Source: an uncultured Chloroflexia bacterium
Lineage (GTDB): Bacteria; Chloroflexota; Chloroflexia; Thermomicrobiales; UBA6265
Assembly: GCA_963724295.1 (NCBI GenBank)
Contig: CAVRUC010000013.1
Coordinates: 448,001-512,000, forward strand
Direction: 5' to 3'
DNA length: 64,000 nucleotides
Below the pieces are notes generated by a model. The model saw nothing but the letters and a program-made list of their open reading frames with translations. It searched no databases and had not been told where the DNA came from. The position numbers were made by a program, and so were the translations under genes. Position 1 is the stretch's first letter. Every line of letters starts with the position of its first letter. Positions 48,555-61,327 of this stretch are shown piece by piece.

Positions 48555-48769
48555 GCTGACGATCATGGGGCCCGGGTATCATCCACCCGATGGCATTGTT
48601 CCTGCGGCATGCGCCGCCAGGTGTGATGCTCGATTCTGGTGATCGTTGTCGTTGTCACGTTCCTTTCGGTTATCGGCCAACCAGTAGGCTCCCGTGCTAG
48701 ACATCAGGCTGGCATGCGCGGCAGGCCCAGCGCCGTGCCAGGGGCGACCGTCTTTTGGAGACCGCGTTC

Positions 48770-49186
48770 ATGCGCTATCGACGAGTCAGCTACCGCTACG
48801 CGCTCCTGGTGACGCCCGGCCAGGAACGGGCATTCGGCGATCCGCTGGCGGCAGTTCAGCCTGGCGTGCGCTTTGCCGAGACGTACTGGCGTCCGCCCGC
48901 CGACGTCTGCGAGTCGGCAACCACCATCGTCGTCACCGTCGACCTGGCCGGAATCGACCAGGATGATCTCGACGTCGTGATCTTCGAGGACGCCCTCATC
49001 GTGGAGGGCTGGCGCCGGCTGCCGGCGGACCCCGGCGTCGTTTACCACCTCGCCGAGATTCGCCAGGGTCCGTTCCGGCTCGAGCTGGGCCTGCCCGGGA
49101 GCATCGACCAGGAGCGCGTCGACGCCCGCTACGACCAGGGTCTGCTGCGCATCACCTTTGCCAAGACTCAGGCAAACGCGAGATGA
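48770..49186 (+). CDS. Hsp20 / alpha-crystallin family protein
   Basis: WRPPADV.E, DLAG, EI..G.F...LP and A.YDQGLL.I. Confidence 0.88.
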   Translation: MRYRRVSYRYALLVTPGQERAFGDPLAAVQPGVRFAETYWRPPADVCESATTIVVTVDLAGIDQDDLDVVIFEDALIVEGWRRLPADPGVVYHLAEIRQGPFRLELGLPGSIDQERVDARYDQGLLRITFAKTQANAR

Positions 49187-49270
49187 CCGACGTGGATGAC
49201 CAAACCCCACAACGTGACGAACAAGGACAAGCGCAACCGCAAGACTCTGCGCCGGCGGATAGAGGGAGCC

Positions 49271-51910
<2,640 letters not shown>

Positions 51911-51961
51911 CGAAGTGGGCGGGTACTCATCTTTGGAACCGCTCGTGAGAAACCGACGCCC

Positions 51962-51985
51962 GTAGGGGCGACGCCTGCGTCGCCC
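51962..51985 (+). repeat. GTAG-type REP palindrome
   Basis: GTAG-GGGCGACGC-CT-GCGTCGCCC. Confidence 0.75.
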
Positions 51986-52162
51986 GCGTTCCCACCAACG
52001 ACGGTTGATCTCGAAGAATTGGTTTCCACCTGCGTTGAGCGTGGTGCAAAACCTACTCTGCCTGTCCCTCGGGGCATTCGCGCCCTTGGTCGGCGCGCAA
52101 CCCGTTCCGCGGCCCGAGACGAGTCGTGCCGCACGGCTCCTTCAGGCTTGCGGATCGTCACA

Positions 52163-52432
52163 TCAGGCGATCGCCCCTAACTCGCCAGGCGCCGTGGAGA
52201 CGCCGCTCTCTCTGGCGACGGCTTGCGCGCCCTGGAGGCGCTGGCCAGCACGCACCAGCAGCGTGCCGAGCTGCTGCCTGATCCCGGTCGACCTCGCGCC
52301 GCGATCGACCGTGGGCGCCAGAGCGCTCGCTAAGGCGCTGGCAGCAAGTTGCTGATGCAGCCCCATAGCCACCAGTTCTCGATGCTGGAACCTTGCGACC
52401 TGCCAATCGGTGTCGTTCGGCCCTGGGTACAT
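52163..52432 (-). CDS. Small hypothetical protein downstream of a LuxR regulator
   Basis: RBS GAGGAG, own promoter-like element; MYPGPNDTDW...RQQLGTLLVRAGQRLQG. Confidence 0.7.
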   Translation of the reverse strand: MYPGPNDTDWQVARFQHRELVAMGLHQQLAASALASALAPTVDRGARSTGIRQQLGTLLVRAGQRLQGAQAVARESGVSTAPGELGAIA

Positions 52433-52497
52433 GTCGTTCTCCTCTCGCCTGTCGTCATTGGTTCAGATAAGTGGCCGGTCCGTCCGAGCACGCTTCC

Positions 52498-52612
52498 AGC
52501 ATGCGCCGCGGGCTGATCGGGCACATCGAGGAGATTGCGGAGCTGACTACGGAGTTCCGCGAGCGGCCGATGACGGATGAGGTTCCGTAATCTCCGCCGA
52601 CTACGGATGCTT
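52498..52612 (-). promoter_or_regulatory. Putative LuxR-dependent promoter with TCCGTA/TACGGA repeats
   Basis: Minus strand: TCCGTAGTC, TACGGA, TCCGTCATC, TCCGTAGTC and TCCGCAATC, then ATGTGC-17 nt-CATGCT. Confidence 0.55.
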
Positions 52613-52620
52613 GGTTTTGC

Positions 52621-54948
52621 TCAGACGAGCCCCCGTCGCACGGCCACGGCCGCCGCCTCGGCCCGGCCATTGACGCCGAGCTTGGCAAAGAGGTTGCCGA
52701 CGTGGGTTTGGACTGTGCGAGTGCCGATAAAGAGGGTCTCACCGATCTCACGGTCGGAACGGCCCTCGGCCAGAAGGCGGAGCACGTCGGACTCGCGCGG
52801 GGTGAGACCGAAACCGCGACTGTCGAGCGGAGCTGGACGAGGCTGCGCGGTGATCGAGGTGGCTACAGCGTGTGCTTCGGTGACCGCGTCGGCGAAGGTG
52901 AGCGTCCGCCCCTCGTCCCAGGCGGCGTCAAATGCCGACTCGGCGAGCTGAGCGCGCACCTCGGTCGTAAGCCGTTCGACGTGCATGGCGTGCGCGATGC
53001 GGCCGACTCCGAAGCGTTGCTGGCCGGCTTCTACCGCGCCCAGCAGCCGCGCCGCGCGCTCGGCCTCGCCGCGGGCCAGGGCCACCCCCGCCAACCCGGC
53101 GACCGCTCCGAGAGCACTGCGCTCCATTTCGTCGGCCAGTGCGGCGTCGAGACCTTCAGCAAACAACCTCGCCGCGTAGGTGAGATCGCCTTGCGCGAGG
53201 GCGGCGAAGGCGCGCTGGCCGAACCCCATGGTCAGGCTCCAACTGTCTCCAGCCTGCCGCAGCATCGCCAGTGCCTCATCGAGCAAGGGCACGGCCGCCG
53301 TGAGATCACCACACCACGTGAGCTTGTCCCCGAGCTCGATCTGGACACTAGCCACCCAGTACGGGTTTCCTGTTTCGCGCAACCACCGCAACGCCTCAGC
53401 GTTAGCAGCGGCAGAACGCTCCCCTTCACCACGGTGCTCCCGCACGACCGCGAGGTTGACGTGGGCGAGGCCCAATACGAATGGATCATCGGATGCGCTG
53501 GTCTCGGTCAGGCCCTCGCTCGCTACTGACTCCGCGGCGTCGAGGTCGTTGAGAACCATCGCCGCGTACACCTGGATGTAGCGCGCCAGCCCGCGGTCGG
53601 TAGCGGATGCATCCGGCGCCAGCGTCAGCGCCTCCTGGACCCAGCCGTGGACTTCCGCGTAATGGCGACGCTGGAACCAGTACTCCGCGGTCGCCGCGCA
53701 AAGGCGCAGGACCGCTTCCGCGTGGCCATTGCGCAGGAACCAGGCGACGGCAGCGCGCAGATTGGGCAGATCGGCATCGAGGCGCTTCGCCCATGATCGC
53801 TGGTTGCGGCCAGCCCTGAGATCGGGCTCGGCGGCCTCGGCCAGTGCCAGGCACCACCGGGCGTGCCGTTCCCGGATTGTCCCCTCCTCGCCGCTCTCAT
53901 CAAGCCGCTCCAGCGCGAACTCACGGACCGTCTCCAGCGGGAAGTAGCGCGGCTCGCCGGTGGTGTCGTTGGCGAGTTGGAGCAAACTTTTGTCCAGCAA
54001 TGACATGACGCCATCGAAAACGTCGAGATCTTCATCCGGTTCGCCGCCGACGGCCTCCGCCGCCTCCAGGGTGAAGCCACCGACGAAGATACCCAGGCGC
54101 CGGAAGAGTCTCCGCTCAGGCGGAGAAAGCAGGTCATAGCTCCAGGCGATGGCGTCGCGCATCGTTTGCTGTCGCTGAGGTAGGTCACGTCCGCCGCCGG
54201 TCAGGAGTGGCAGGCGGCGCTCCAGCCGAGCCAGGAGCGCCGCTGGCGGGAGCATCTTGACTCGCGCCGCGGCCAACTCAATCGCCAGCGGCAACCCGTC
54301 TAGACGGCGGCAGATCTCACTCACCACCTGGACGTTCTCGTCCGTCAACGTGAAATCGGGCCTGACGGCCTGGGCTCGCGCAACGAAGAGGCGGACAGCC
54401 GCTGATTCGCCGCGCCCATTCGTGCTCGTCCACTCTTCGGCCTGTGCCAACGCCAGTGGTGGAATCGGGAATTCGTGCTCGGCAGAGAGCCGGAGGCGTA
54501 CTCTGCTCGTGGCAAGGATTTTCAACAGGGCACAGGACGCGAGGAGGTCCGCGACGAATGGCGCGGCCTCGACTACCTGCTCGAAGTTGTCGAGCACGAG
54601 CAGATGATGTTGGTCCCGCAGCACCGCTTTCAGTCGCTCGATGAGTGGCTCGTCGCCCGCCTCTCGGATGCCGACCGCCTGGGTGACGGCTGAAACCACC
54701 AGACCCGGGTCTCTGATCGGTGCCAGCGGGACGAAGGTGACGCCGTCGGAAAACTCGTCCGCCACCGCGGCCGCGGCACTCAACGCCAGTCGAGTCTTGC
54801 CGACGCCGCCAGGACCGGTCAGGGTGAGAAGGGGAACGTCCTCACGAAGGAGCAGCTCGCTCACCGCGGCGAGCTCTCGCTCTCGGCCGATCAGCGGCGT
54901 GCGCGGCAGAGAAAGAATTTGAGACCGGTCGGATGGCACAGCGGTCAT
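52621..54948 (-). CDS. ATPase (NB-ARC-like)-TPR-LuxR HTH transcriptional regulator
   Basis: [40 protein letters not shown] and LTPRE..VL...SDREI...TVQTHV. Confidence 0.93.
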   Translation of the reverse strand: MTAVPSDRSQILSLPRTPLIGRERELAAVSELLLREDVPLLTLTGPGGVGKTRLALSAAAAVADEFSDGVTFVPLAPIRDPGLVVSAVTQAVGIREAGDEPLIERLKAVLRDQHHLLVLDNFEQVVEAAPFVADLLASCALLKILATSRVRLRLSAEHEFPIPPLALAQAEEWTSTNGRGESAAVRLFVARAQAVRPDFTLTDENVQVVSEICRRLDGLPLAIELAAARVKMLPPAALLARLERRLPLLTGGGRDLPQRQQTMRDAIAWSYDLLSPPERRLFRRLGIFVGGFTLEAAEAVGGEPDEDLDVFDGVMSLLDKSLLQLANDTTGEPRYFPLETVREFALERLDESGEEGTIRERHARWCLALAEAAEPDLRAGRNQRSWAKRLDADLPNLRAAVAWFLRNGHAEAVLRLCAATAEYWFQRRHYAEVHGWVQEALTLAPDASATDRGLARYIQVYAAMVLNDLDAAESVASEGLTETSASDDPFVLGLAHVNLAVVREHRGEGERSAAANAEALRWLRETGNPYWVASVQIELGDKLTWCGDLTAAVPLLDEALAMLRQAGDSWSLTMGFGQRAFAALAQGDLTYAARLFAEGLDAALADEMERSALGAVAGLAGVALARGEAERAARLLGAVEAGQQRFGVGRIAHAMHVERLTTEVRAQLAESAFDAAWDEGRTLTFADAVTEAHAVATSITAQPRPAPLDSRGFGLTPRESDVLRLLAEGRSDREIGETLFIGTRTVQTHVGNLFAKLGVNGRAEAAAVAVRRGLV

Positions 54949-55038
54949 GGCAAGTCTGGTCACCGATCTGGGCGCAAGGGGATGATAGCGCCTTCCGCTA
55001 TCCGCTCTCGCGTTCGTTACTCGGGACCACTCCGCGGC

Positions 55039-55842
55039 TCACTGCTCCGTCGCCCCGGCGCTCGCCAACCGGATGCGCGCTCCGTGCGTCAGATCGACAG
55101 GCAGTGGCTCCGCACGCTCCCCGGCACCGGCGAGCACGATCTCGTACGGCCCGGCGCCGCGCTCCTCGATGTGCTTTGTCAGATCGCCCGCGGTCGGATC
55201 CGCTTCGGCCAGATCGATCCATTGCGAGCCGAAGCTGAAACGCCTAGCCCTGCGCACTCCTGCGACCGCGGCGGTTGACGACTCGCCAGGCGTGTCGAGA
55301 AGCGCCTGAAACGGCCCAGTGGCGCGGTCGAGGTCCGCGACGAGGAGAACCAGCCCGGCGATCCCGGTAACGCCCAGCTCGTGCTCAGTTGCCGCCCCGG
55401 TCGGGACGCGCAGGTCGCGAGTCGTCACATCTTCGATCATGAACGGCAGCGGCGCGCCGGCGGCTGCGAGGCTGAGATTGCGCCAGGCGATGCGCTGCCC
55501 ATCTGGTCGCAGTCGACCGCCGTCGTGGGGACCATCGATCTCAACTCCCGCCTGCTTGAGGCGATCGCCCTCGAAATCGACGCTCTCGGAGAGGAGCGCG
55601 AAGTCGACCGTGCCTTCGCCTTTCGCGAATCTTGCCCACCACTTGTGCTCCTGGGGACGGTCCGGCTCCCGGAAGGCGATCAGCTCGAAATAGGCGCCGT
55701 CGGCGAACGAGATCAGCGCGTTGTGGGTCGCGCCACCGGTGTGCTCGCCACCCGGGGTGACGGTGAATCCGAGCCGCGCGTAGTCATCCGTAGCGGCCGC
55801 GAGATCGCGGACCGCGATGACGATGTGATCGATGCCCTGCAC
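55039..55842 (-). CDS. VOC family (glyoxalase-like) protein
   Basis: IDHIVIAV.DL, LGF.V.PGG.H..G.THNALI, YFELI, G.R.RPDG and LPF.IED. Confidence 0.88.
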   Translation of the reverse strand: MQGIDHIVIAVRDLAAATDDYARLGFTVTPGGEHTGGATHNALISFADGAYFELIAFREPDRPQEHKWWARFAKGEGTVDFALLSESVDFEGDRLKQAGVEIDGPHDGGRLRPDGQRIAWRNLSLAAAGAPLPFMIEDVTTRDLRVPTGAATEHELGVTGIAGLVLLVADLDRATGPFQALLDTPGESSTAAVAGVRRARRFSFGSQWIDLAEADPTAGDLTKHIEERGAGPYEIVLAGAGERAEPLPVDLTHGARIRLASAGATEQ

Positions 55843-55964
55843 CTTGTCTCCTCCGCCTGCTGCCTGAGTGCCGCTGTCGCGTCAAGTGTGCCCCGAATGG
55901 CCCGCGAGTGCGGAAGCAGGGTGAGTTGGTACATTGCTCGAGACGGCGCCTGCTGCCCACCCTG

Positions 55965-55993
55965 TGTCATTCCGAGCCGCGGCGAGGAATCTC
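55965..55993. repeat. REP-like half element TGTCATTCCGAGCCGCGGCGAGGAATCTC
   Basis: Same family as 2041, 7920 and 16495. Confidence 0.7.
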
Positions 55994-56086
55994 GGCGGTC
56001 CTTTCCGGCATCCGGCATACACTCCCGCCCAGGTGAAGTCTTGCCGGGGTGCGCGAGCTCCTCGACGAAATGAGGGAGTTACCACC

Positions 56087-56497
56087 ATGCCGCCTACCGA
56101 TGAGGCCGTCCGCCTGGCCCGCCTGCAGGCCGTCTTCTACATCGTGACCGGTGTCTGGCCGTTTCTGAGCATCCGCTCCTTCGAAGCCGTCACCGGACCA
56201 AAGGTCGATCGCTGGCTGGTGAAAACCGTGGGGGCATTGGTAGCGGTCATCGGAGCCGCGCTGGCCCTCGCCAGCCGCCGCCGGCAGCTTGCTCCGGAGA
56301 TCGTGGTCGTCGCGGCCGGCAGCGCCGCCGCCCTGGCGGCGATCGATACCGTCTACGTCGCCAAACGCCGCATCTCACCGGTCTACCTGCTCGACGCGGT
56401 CGCCGAGATCGCCCTCGTCGCCGGCTGGGCGCGGCTCTGGTCGCAGAGCTCACGTGGCCTCCCTGCTGACCAGGCAGTCGCTGAGACACATCAATGA
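56087..56497 (+). CDS. Hypothetical four-TM membrane protein
   Basis: Q..FY..TGVWP..SIRSFEAVTGPKVD.WLVKTVG and ISPVYLLDA; RBS GAGGGAG. Confidence 0.8.
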   Translation: MPPTDEAVRLARLQAVFYIVTGVWPFLSIRSFEAVTGPKVDRWLVKTVGALVAVIGAALALASRRRQLAPEIVVVAAGSAAALAAIDTVYVAKRRISPVYLLDAVAEIALVAGWARLWSQSSRGLPADQAVAETHQ

Positions 56498-56557
56498 CGA
56501 ACTTTCCGCGTGGGATCTATCTGGACCGGTGGCCAAGGCAACGGACGGACTAAGGGA

Positions 56558-56830
56558 TCAGGTTCCGCGGCGATCTGTCTCTAGTTTGTGGCTCTGCTCG
56601 CGGACGGGAGCAAGCTCGGGCGGCTCGAAGCTGGTTTTCGACCACAGGCCACCGCTGATCAGGTCGGGGTCGTACACGAACCAGGTTGCGCCATCGGCGC
56701 ACTCGGCAACGGCGCGGCCATCGGGCCAGGCGGCGACCACCGTGCACCCGTCAGGTGGGATGAGCTCCGCCCCGAGCGTGAGCATCAGGGACAGAGCGGC
56801 CGAGACGATCATGGTCCACTCCCGCCACAT
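56558..56830 (-). CDS. Small hypothetical exported protein downstream of a LuxR regulator
   Basis: Hydrophobic N-terminus and a Cys pair (GCTVVAAWPDGRAVAECADG); preceded by a promoter shared with 52498. Confidence 0.55.
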   Translation of the reverse strand: MWREWTMIVSAALSLMLTLGAELIPPDGCTVVAAWPDGRAVAECADGATWFVYDPDLISGGLWSKTSFEPPELAPVREQSHKLETDRRGT

Positions 56831-56880
56831 AAGTACGGGAGACCCATTGACCCCCGGCGCCAGACGCCTGGCACCGTCCG

Positions 56881-56942
56881 AGCATGCGCCGCTCCGCCCA
56901 CGGTGACATGGGTGCTGAGCACCTATCCAATTACCTAATTGG
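56881..56942 (-). promoter_or_regulatory. Putative LuxR-dependent promoter with TAGGT repeats
   Basis: Minus strand: CCAATTAGGTAATTGG-ATAGGTG-CTCAG-CACC, then ATGTCA-17 nt-CATGCT; GCGGCGCATGCT is identical to the 52498 site. Confidence 0.55.
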
Positions 56943-56951
56943 GTGGAGGTC

Positions 56952-59378
56952 CTAGGGCATACCGAGTCGCGCGGCGATCGCCACCGCGTCGCGACGGTTG
57001 GTGGCGCCGAGCTTGCCGAGGATGCTGGAGACGTGGTGCTGAACCGTGCGCCGACTCAGAAAGAAGCGGTCGGCGATCTCCGCATCGGTGTGGTGCTGGC
57101 ACAGGAGCGCGAGCACCTCGCGCTCGCGGCGGGTGAGACCCGCTGAGAGGGGCGCAGCCGCCTCATCCCGGGTCGGATCACGAGCGGCGGATGCCGGATC
57201 CGGGAGGACCGTCGGTGGCGCGGGCGCGCCGGTCGACCGCCAGAGCGCCGCGACGCGATCCGATCCCAAAATGGCCTCGGCCATGGCGACGGCGACGGCG
57301 ACACCCTGTTCCATCGAAAGCACGGCCCCTGCGCGCCGGAGGTCGGCCAGTGAGGCAGCGCCGAGATCGGTTTCTAGCCGGTCGAGGCACCAGGCCGCGA
57401 TCACGCGGTCCTCGGGCCAAATGGCGCCGCCGGTGCACGCGTCCATGACGTCAGCAGCGCCAAGCAAGCGCGCCGCGACCTCGGGTCGATCGCTGCGCGC
57501 GGCCACGGCGGCGATGGCCCAGAACAACCGTGGCAGGAACGGGTGATCCTGCAGCATCCAAGCCAGTGCCATCGCTTCGATGAAGCAGGCCGCCGCCTCC
57601 GGCACGGCGCCCTCCTGAAACCGCACGTATCCCAGCCCGCACACCGCATGGCTGCGTGTCCAGGCGCCGCCAGGGAGGCGCGCCATCGCGATCGACTCTG
57701 TAAATCGATCGGCTGCCAGCACAGCATCGCCGGCCGTGGCCGCGATGGTCGCTCGGTCACAAAGCGCGGAGGCGACGCGCAACGGACCCACGTTGTCCTC
57801 CACGCCTAGTCCGCGCGCAAGGGCCTCCGCTTCCGCGAGCAGGGCGTCGGCTCGCTCGAGCTCTCCCCGCTTGTAGGCCAGCATCCCGCGTCCCACCAAA
57901 CTATCTGAGAGCAGGAGCGGATCGCCCACCTCCCGTGCCAGCGCCAACCCCTGGTCGAGCAATGGCTCGGCGGCGTCGTAGTCGCCCTGGTGGTCCGCTA
58001 GCCACCCGGCATCACCCCACACGCGGGCTCGGAGCGCCAGCGGCACCCCGGTGTCGTTCGCCATTGCCCGGCCGAGCCACAGCCGTCCTTCATCGAACCG
58101 GGCCAGCATCCGCCAGGGATACGACAGGGCCGCGCTCAGGCGATTGAGCGACATCGAGTCCCCTCGCTCGGAAAACCACCCAAGCGCCTGCCGGAGGTTG
58201 CCCTGCTCTTCGGCAAATCGCCACATCCACATTTCATCTTCGGGTTTGGCGTCATCGTCGTATGCAACCGCGAAGCGAAGGAAGTACGTCGCGTGCCGAG
58301 CGCGGGTTTGCCATTCTTCGCCGCTACCCGCGAGTTGCTCCAACCCAAACTCCCGCACCGTCTCCAGCAAGGCGAAGCGCGGGGTCACCGGATCCGCGCT
58401 CGCCTGGCGGACGACCAGGCTCTGCTCGACCAGAGCATCGAGCCGGGCGAGCACATCCGGGAGCGCCAGCCCGCTGATCACAGCCGCGGCCTCCAGCGTC
58501 CAGCCACCGGCGAAGACGGAGAGGGTGCGGAAGACGGCTTGCTCCTCCGGAGAGAGCAGCGCATGGCTCCAGCCAATCGCGTCCCGCAGCGTCTGCTGCC
58601 GCGCGGGTGCATCACGCGGTCCTGGCCCGAATACCTGGAGGCGCTCGCCGAGGAGTGCCACCATCGCCGCCGGTGTTAGCGTGCCGGAGCGGGCTGCGGC
58701 CAGCTCGATGGCCAGCGGCAGCCCATCCAGATGCCGACACAAGTCGGTCACCGCGGTAGCGTTCTGCTCAGTCACGGTGAAGCGTGGGTCGGCGGCTCGC
58801 GCCCGTTGCATGAAAAGCGCGACCGCCGGCGCGGTACGAACATCATCCACGGTCGAGATGCCCGCGGAGGGAACCGCCAGTGTGGGAACAGGCAGGATCT
58901 GCTCGCCTCGCACACGGAGGGGAGTTCGGCTGGTGGCCAACACCTGTACTGCCGGGCAGTGTTCGAGCAGCACTGACACCAGCTCCGCTACTGCAGCGAT
59001 GACGTGCTCGGAGTTATCGAACAGCAACAAGGTCTGCTGGGAACGGAGCTGCCGGACCAATGCGTCCACGAGCGGGTAATTGGGGGCCGGGGCGAGCGCC
59101 AACGCCGCTGCCAGGGTCGCCGGCACGAGGGTGGGATCACGAAGGGGTGCCAGGTCGACCCAGACGACCCCATCGCCAAAGTGGCGAGCGACATCCGTCG
59201 CGATGGCCAGGGCGAGGCGCGTCTTGCCGACGCCCCCGGGTCCGGTCAAGGTCAGAAGGGGAGTGGCTTCCTCGAGGAGGAGCATCCGCCCCGCCTCGCG
59301 CTCAGCCTCCCGACCGATGAGGCGGCTGCGCGAGATGGGGAGCGATCCGAGCAGGATCGACGCGGCAGATGTAGCCAT
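56952..59378 (-). CDS. ATPase (NB-ARC-like)-TPR-LuxR HTH transcriptional regulator
   Basis: [38 protein letters not shown] and LTRREREVL...TDAEI...TVQHHV; ATG at 59378 preferred. Confidence 0.92.
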   Translation of the reverse strand: MATSAASILLGSLPISRSRLIGREAEREAGRMLLLEEATPLLTLTGPGGVGKTRLALAIATDVARHFGDGVVWVDLAPLRDPTLVPATLAAALALAPAPNYPLVDALVRQLRSQQTLLLFDNSEHVIAAVAELVSVLLEHCPAVQVLATSRTPLRVRGEQILPVPTLAVPSAGISTVDDVRTAPAVALFMQRARAADPRFTVTEQNATAVTDLCRHLDGLPLAIELAAARSGTLTPAAMVALLGERLQVFGPGPRDAPARQQTLRDAIGWSHALLSPEEQAVFRTLSVFAGGWTLEAAAVISGLALPDVLARLDALVEQSLVVRQASADPVTPRFALLETVREFGLEQLAGSGEEWQTRARHATYFLRFAVAYDDDAKPEDEMWMWRFAEEQGNLRQALGWFSERGDSMSLNRLSAALSYPWRMLARFDEGRLWLGRAMANDTGVPLALRARVWGDAGWLADHQGDYDAAEPLLDQGLALAREVGDPLLLSDSLVGRGMLAYKRGELERADALLAEAEALARGLGVEDNVGPLRVASALCDRATIAATAGDAVLAADRFTESIAMARLPGGAWTRSHAVCGLGYVRFQEGAVPEAAACFIEAMALAWMLQDHPFLPRLFWAIAAVAARSDRPEVAARLLGAADVMDACTGGAIWPEDRVIAAWCLDRLETDLGAASLADLRRAGAVLSMEQGVAVAVAMAEAILGSDRVAALWRSTGAPAPPTVLPDPASAARDPTRDEAAAPLSAGLTRREREVLALLCQHHTDAEIADRFFLSRRTVQHHVSSILGKLGATNRRDAVAIAARLGMP

Positions 59379-59504
59379 CGGCAAGTTCCCAGCAGAACGG
59401 CGAACTCCTGCTACGCAAAGTGTGCCTGATTCCACGAGAGCGATCTGTCGAGAGGATTGTCGGGGCCGGTGACGGGCGTATGAGACCCAAGTGGGTGCTA
59501 CGGC

Positions 59505-59619
59505 CCTCTCGGCGGTCGGCCGCGGTCGCTTTCGCAACGCGGTCTCGTTCCCGGAGCGCGGAACTGCCCTCGACGTCGGTGAAGAGAAAGGTGACGGTCC
59601 CTGAGGGGAGATCGGACAT
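59505..59619 (-). pseudogene. N-terminal relic of a class III adenylate/guanylate cyclase domain
   Basis: MSDLPSGTVTFLFTDVEGSSAL.ERD matches the LP.GTVTFLFTD(I/V)EGST motif, then similarity is lost. Confidence 0.75.
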
Positions 59620-59745
59620 AGTCGGCGTCCGTCCATGCGGCTGGTTGTGATTCCTGCCGATTGTCGCATGCGACGGATGGGCGTGGGTTAGAGCCTCACG
59701 GTCTCGTCATCACAATCACCCGAATCTGCTGTGACAGCCTGGCTC

Positions 59746-59773
59746 TTGACATAGGATCGCCTCCCTCTAGTCT
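59746..59773 (+). promoter_or_regulatory. Sigma70-type promoter for the NlpC/P60 gene
   Basis: TTGACA-16 nt-TAGTCT, about 200 nt before the start codon. Confidence 0.6.
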
Positions 59774-59974
59774 GGATCATGGCCGAGTGCCGCCGATAAC
59801 CGGCGGCGAACGGTGCGGTCGACATGGGACGAACGATTCTCGTCAGGCTGGGATGGACTGCCGGGATGATCGATCGCGAACCCCGCTGAAAGGGGAGAGA
59901 GCCAGGTTCACCACCGCCCGACACCTGCGGGTCGGTCAAGGGGCTGCTTGACCGGAAAGCACGGAGGGAAGGCC

Positions 59975-61082
59975 TTGAAGTTCCGAGCAAGGATCGCGCG
60001 CGGTCACCTGATCGTGCCGATCGCCTGTTCACTCATTGTCACCACGCTGTCGTTCTCAACGGCGACTGCCGCGTACGGAAATCCGGAGGGGACAGGCACG
60101 GTCGCCCTCTACCAGGACGCCGCGCAGGATCCCTCCACTGGAGAATGGGTCGAGCCGGCTGCCACCGACGTCGCGCCGGAGACGGCGAGCAAAGAGACTC
60201 TCGCCGATGCATCGGCCCCGGTCGATCCCGCGCCGGACGAATGGACCGACCCGGCGCCTGTGGATCCTGCTTCACCTGCCTCTGACGTCGATCCCGCCAC
60301 CGGCGAGTGGATCGACCCGGCCACCGTGAAAGAGGTCGAGCCCGCGCCGGTTGATGCGGCCCCGGTCGCTCCAGCGCCGTCCGACGCGCCGGCGCCGAAC
60401 ACGCTGGGCCCGAGCTGGGGTGAACATTGGGGAGAGCCGATCGCCACGGCCTACATCGCGGGCACGGGTGGCGATGGCGCCCCGTGTCTCGCTGCCCCGC
60501 AGTGGGGGGCCGAGACGCTTGCCATTTTCGGTGAAGGCGAGCCCGTCGAGGTGCGGGCGGAAACCATGGGCGAGTGGCAGCCGGTCAACTGTGCTGGCGT
60601 CGGCGGCTACGTCCACGTCGCCCTGATTGCGTGGACCCCTGTGGGATCGCTCGGACCCGGTGACCGCCGGCGATCAACCGGGACGCCGGAACGGCAGCAG
60701 CGGAGAGGCCGTAGGCCAGCAGATCGTCGACTTCGCCATGCAGTTCCAGGGCTACCCCTATGTCTATGCCGGCGAGGGTCCGTATGCCTTCGACTGCTCG
60801 GGGTTCACGATGTTCGTGATCAACAACACGCTCGGCATCGGCGTTCCCCACGACATGGCGGTCCAGTATCAGATGGGGCGATCGGTCAGCCGGGATGAGC
60901 TGCAGCCGGGCGATCTCGTCTTCTTCGCCAATACCATTCAGCCCGGGATGTCCCACGACGGCATCTACATCGGCGGCGGGCAGTTCATCCACGCCGAGAC
61001 CGAATCGAGCGGGGTGACAATCAGCGACCTCGCGTCCGAGTACTACAGCTCGCGCTGGTACGGCGCCGTGCGGTTTGCCTAG
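59975..61082 (+). CDS. Secreted SH3 + NlpC/P60 cell-wall peptidase; frameshift near 60653
   Basis: Signal peptide, acidic DPATGEW repeats and SH3-like GEWQPVNCAGVGGYVH in one frame. GYPYVYAG, FDCSG, LQPGDLVFF, SH.GIY and FIHA in the +1 frame. Confidence 0.85.
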
Positions 61083-61327
61083 ACGGCGAGAGCACGGCAG
61101 CCGGACCGAATCGCTCAGTCACTCTCCTGCTTCCGGTGATTCGGCGCGCAATCCTGCCCCGGTCGTGGTTCGGGTCACGCTACAGACGCGTGACCGCGAC
61201 TGCCCACACCCGATCGACTGATCCCCTGTGGTCGGTATCAGGTTGGGTCGCGGGGGCGGAGAGGACGTTCAGAAGGACCGACCTCTCCACCCCAAGAGCG
61301 CAAAGGGTCAAGCTCCTGCGATCTCGG

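Noticed and set aside
59780..59975. c-di-AMP (ydaO) riboswitch
   Set aside because: GCTGAA is present, but the GGGGAACC, GGGGTGAA and CCCGTCAGCTAAC-type elements are not; kept only as an unclassified leader
60640..60670. Programmed frameshift producing SH3-only and SH3-NlpC isoforms
   Set aside because: No slippery heptamer, and it has the same +1 signature as the other probable consensus errors in the window
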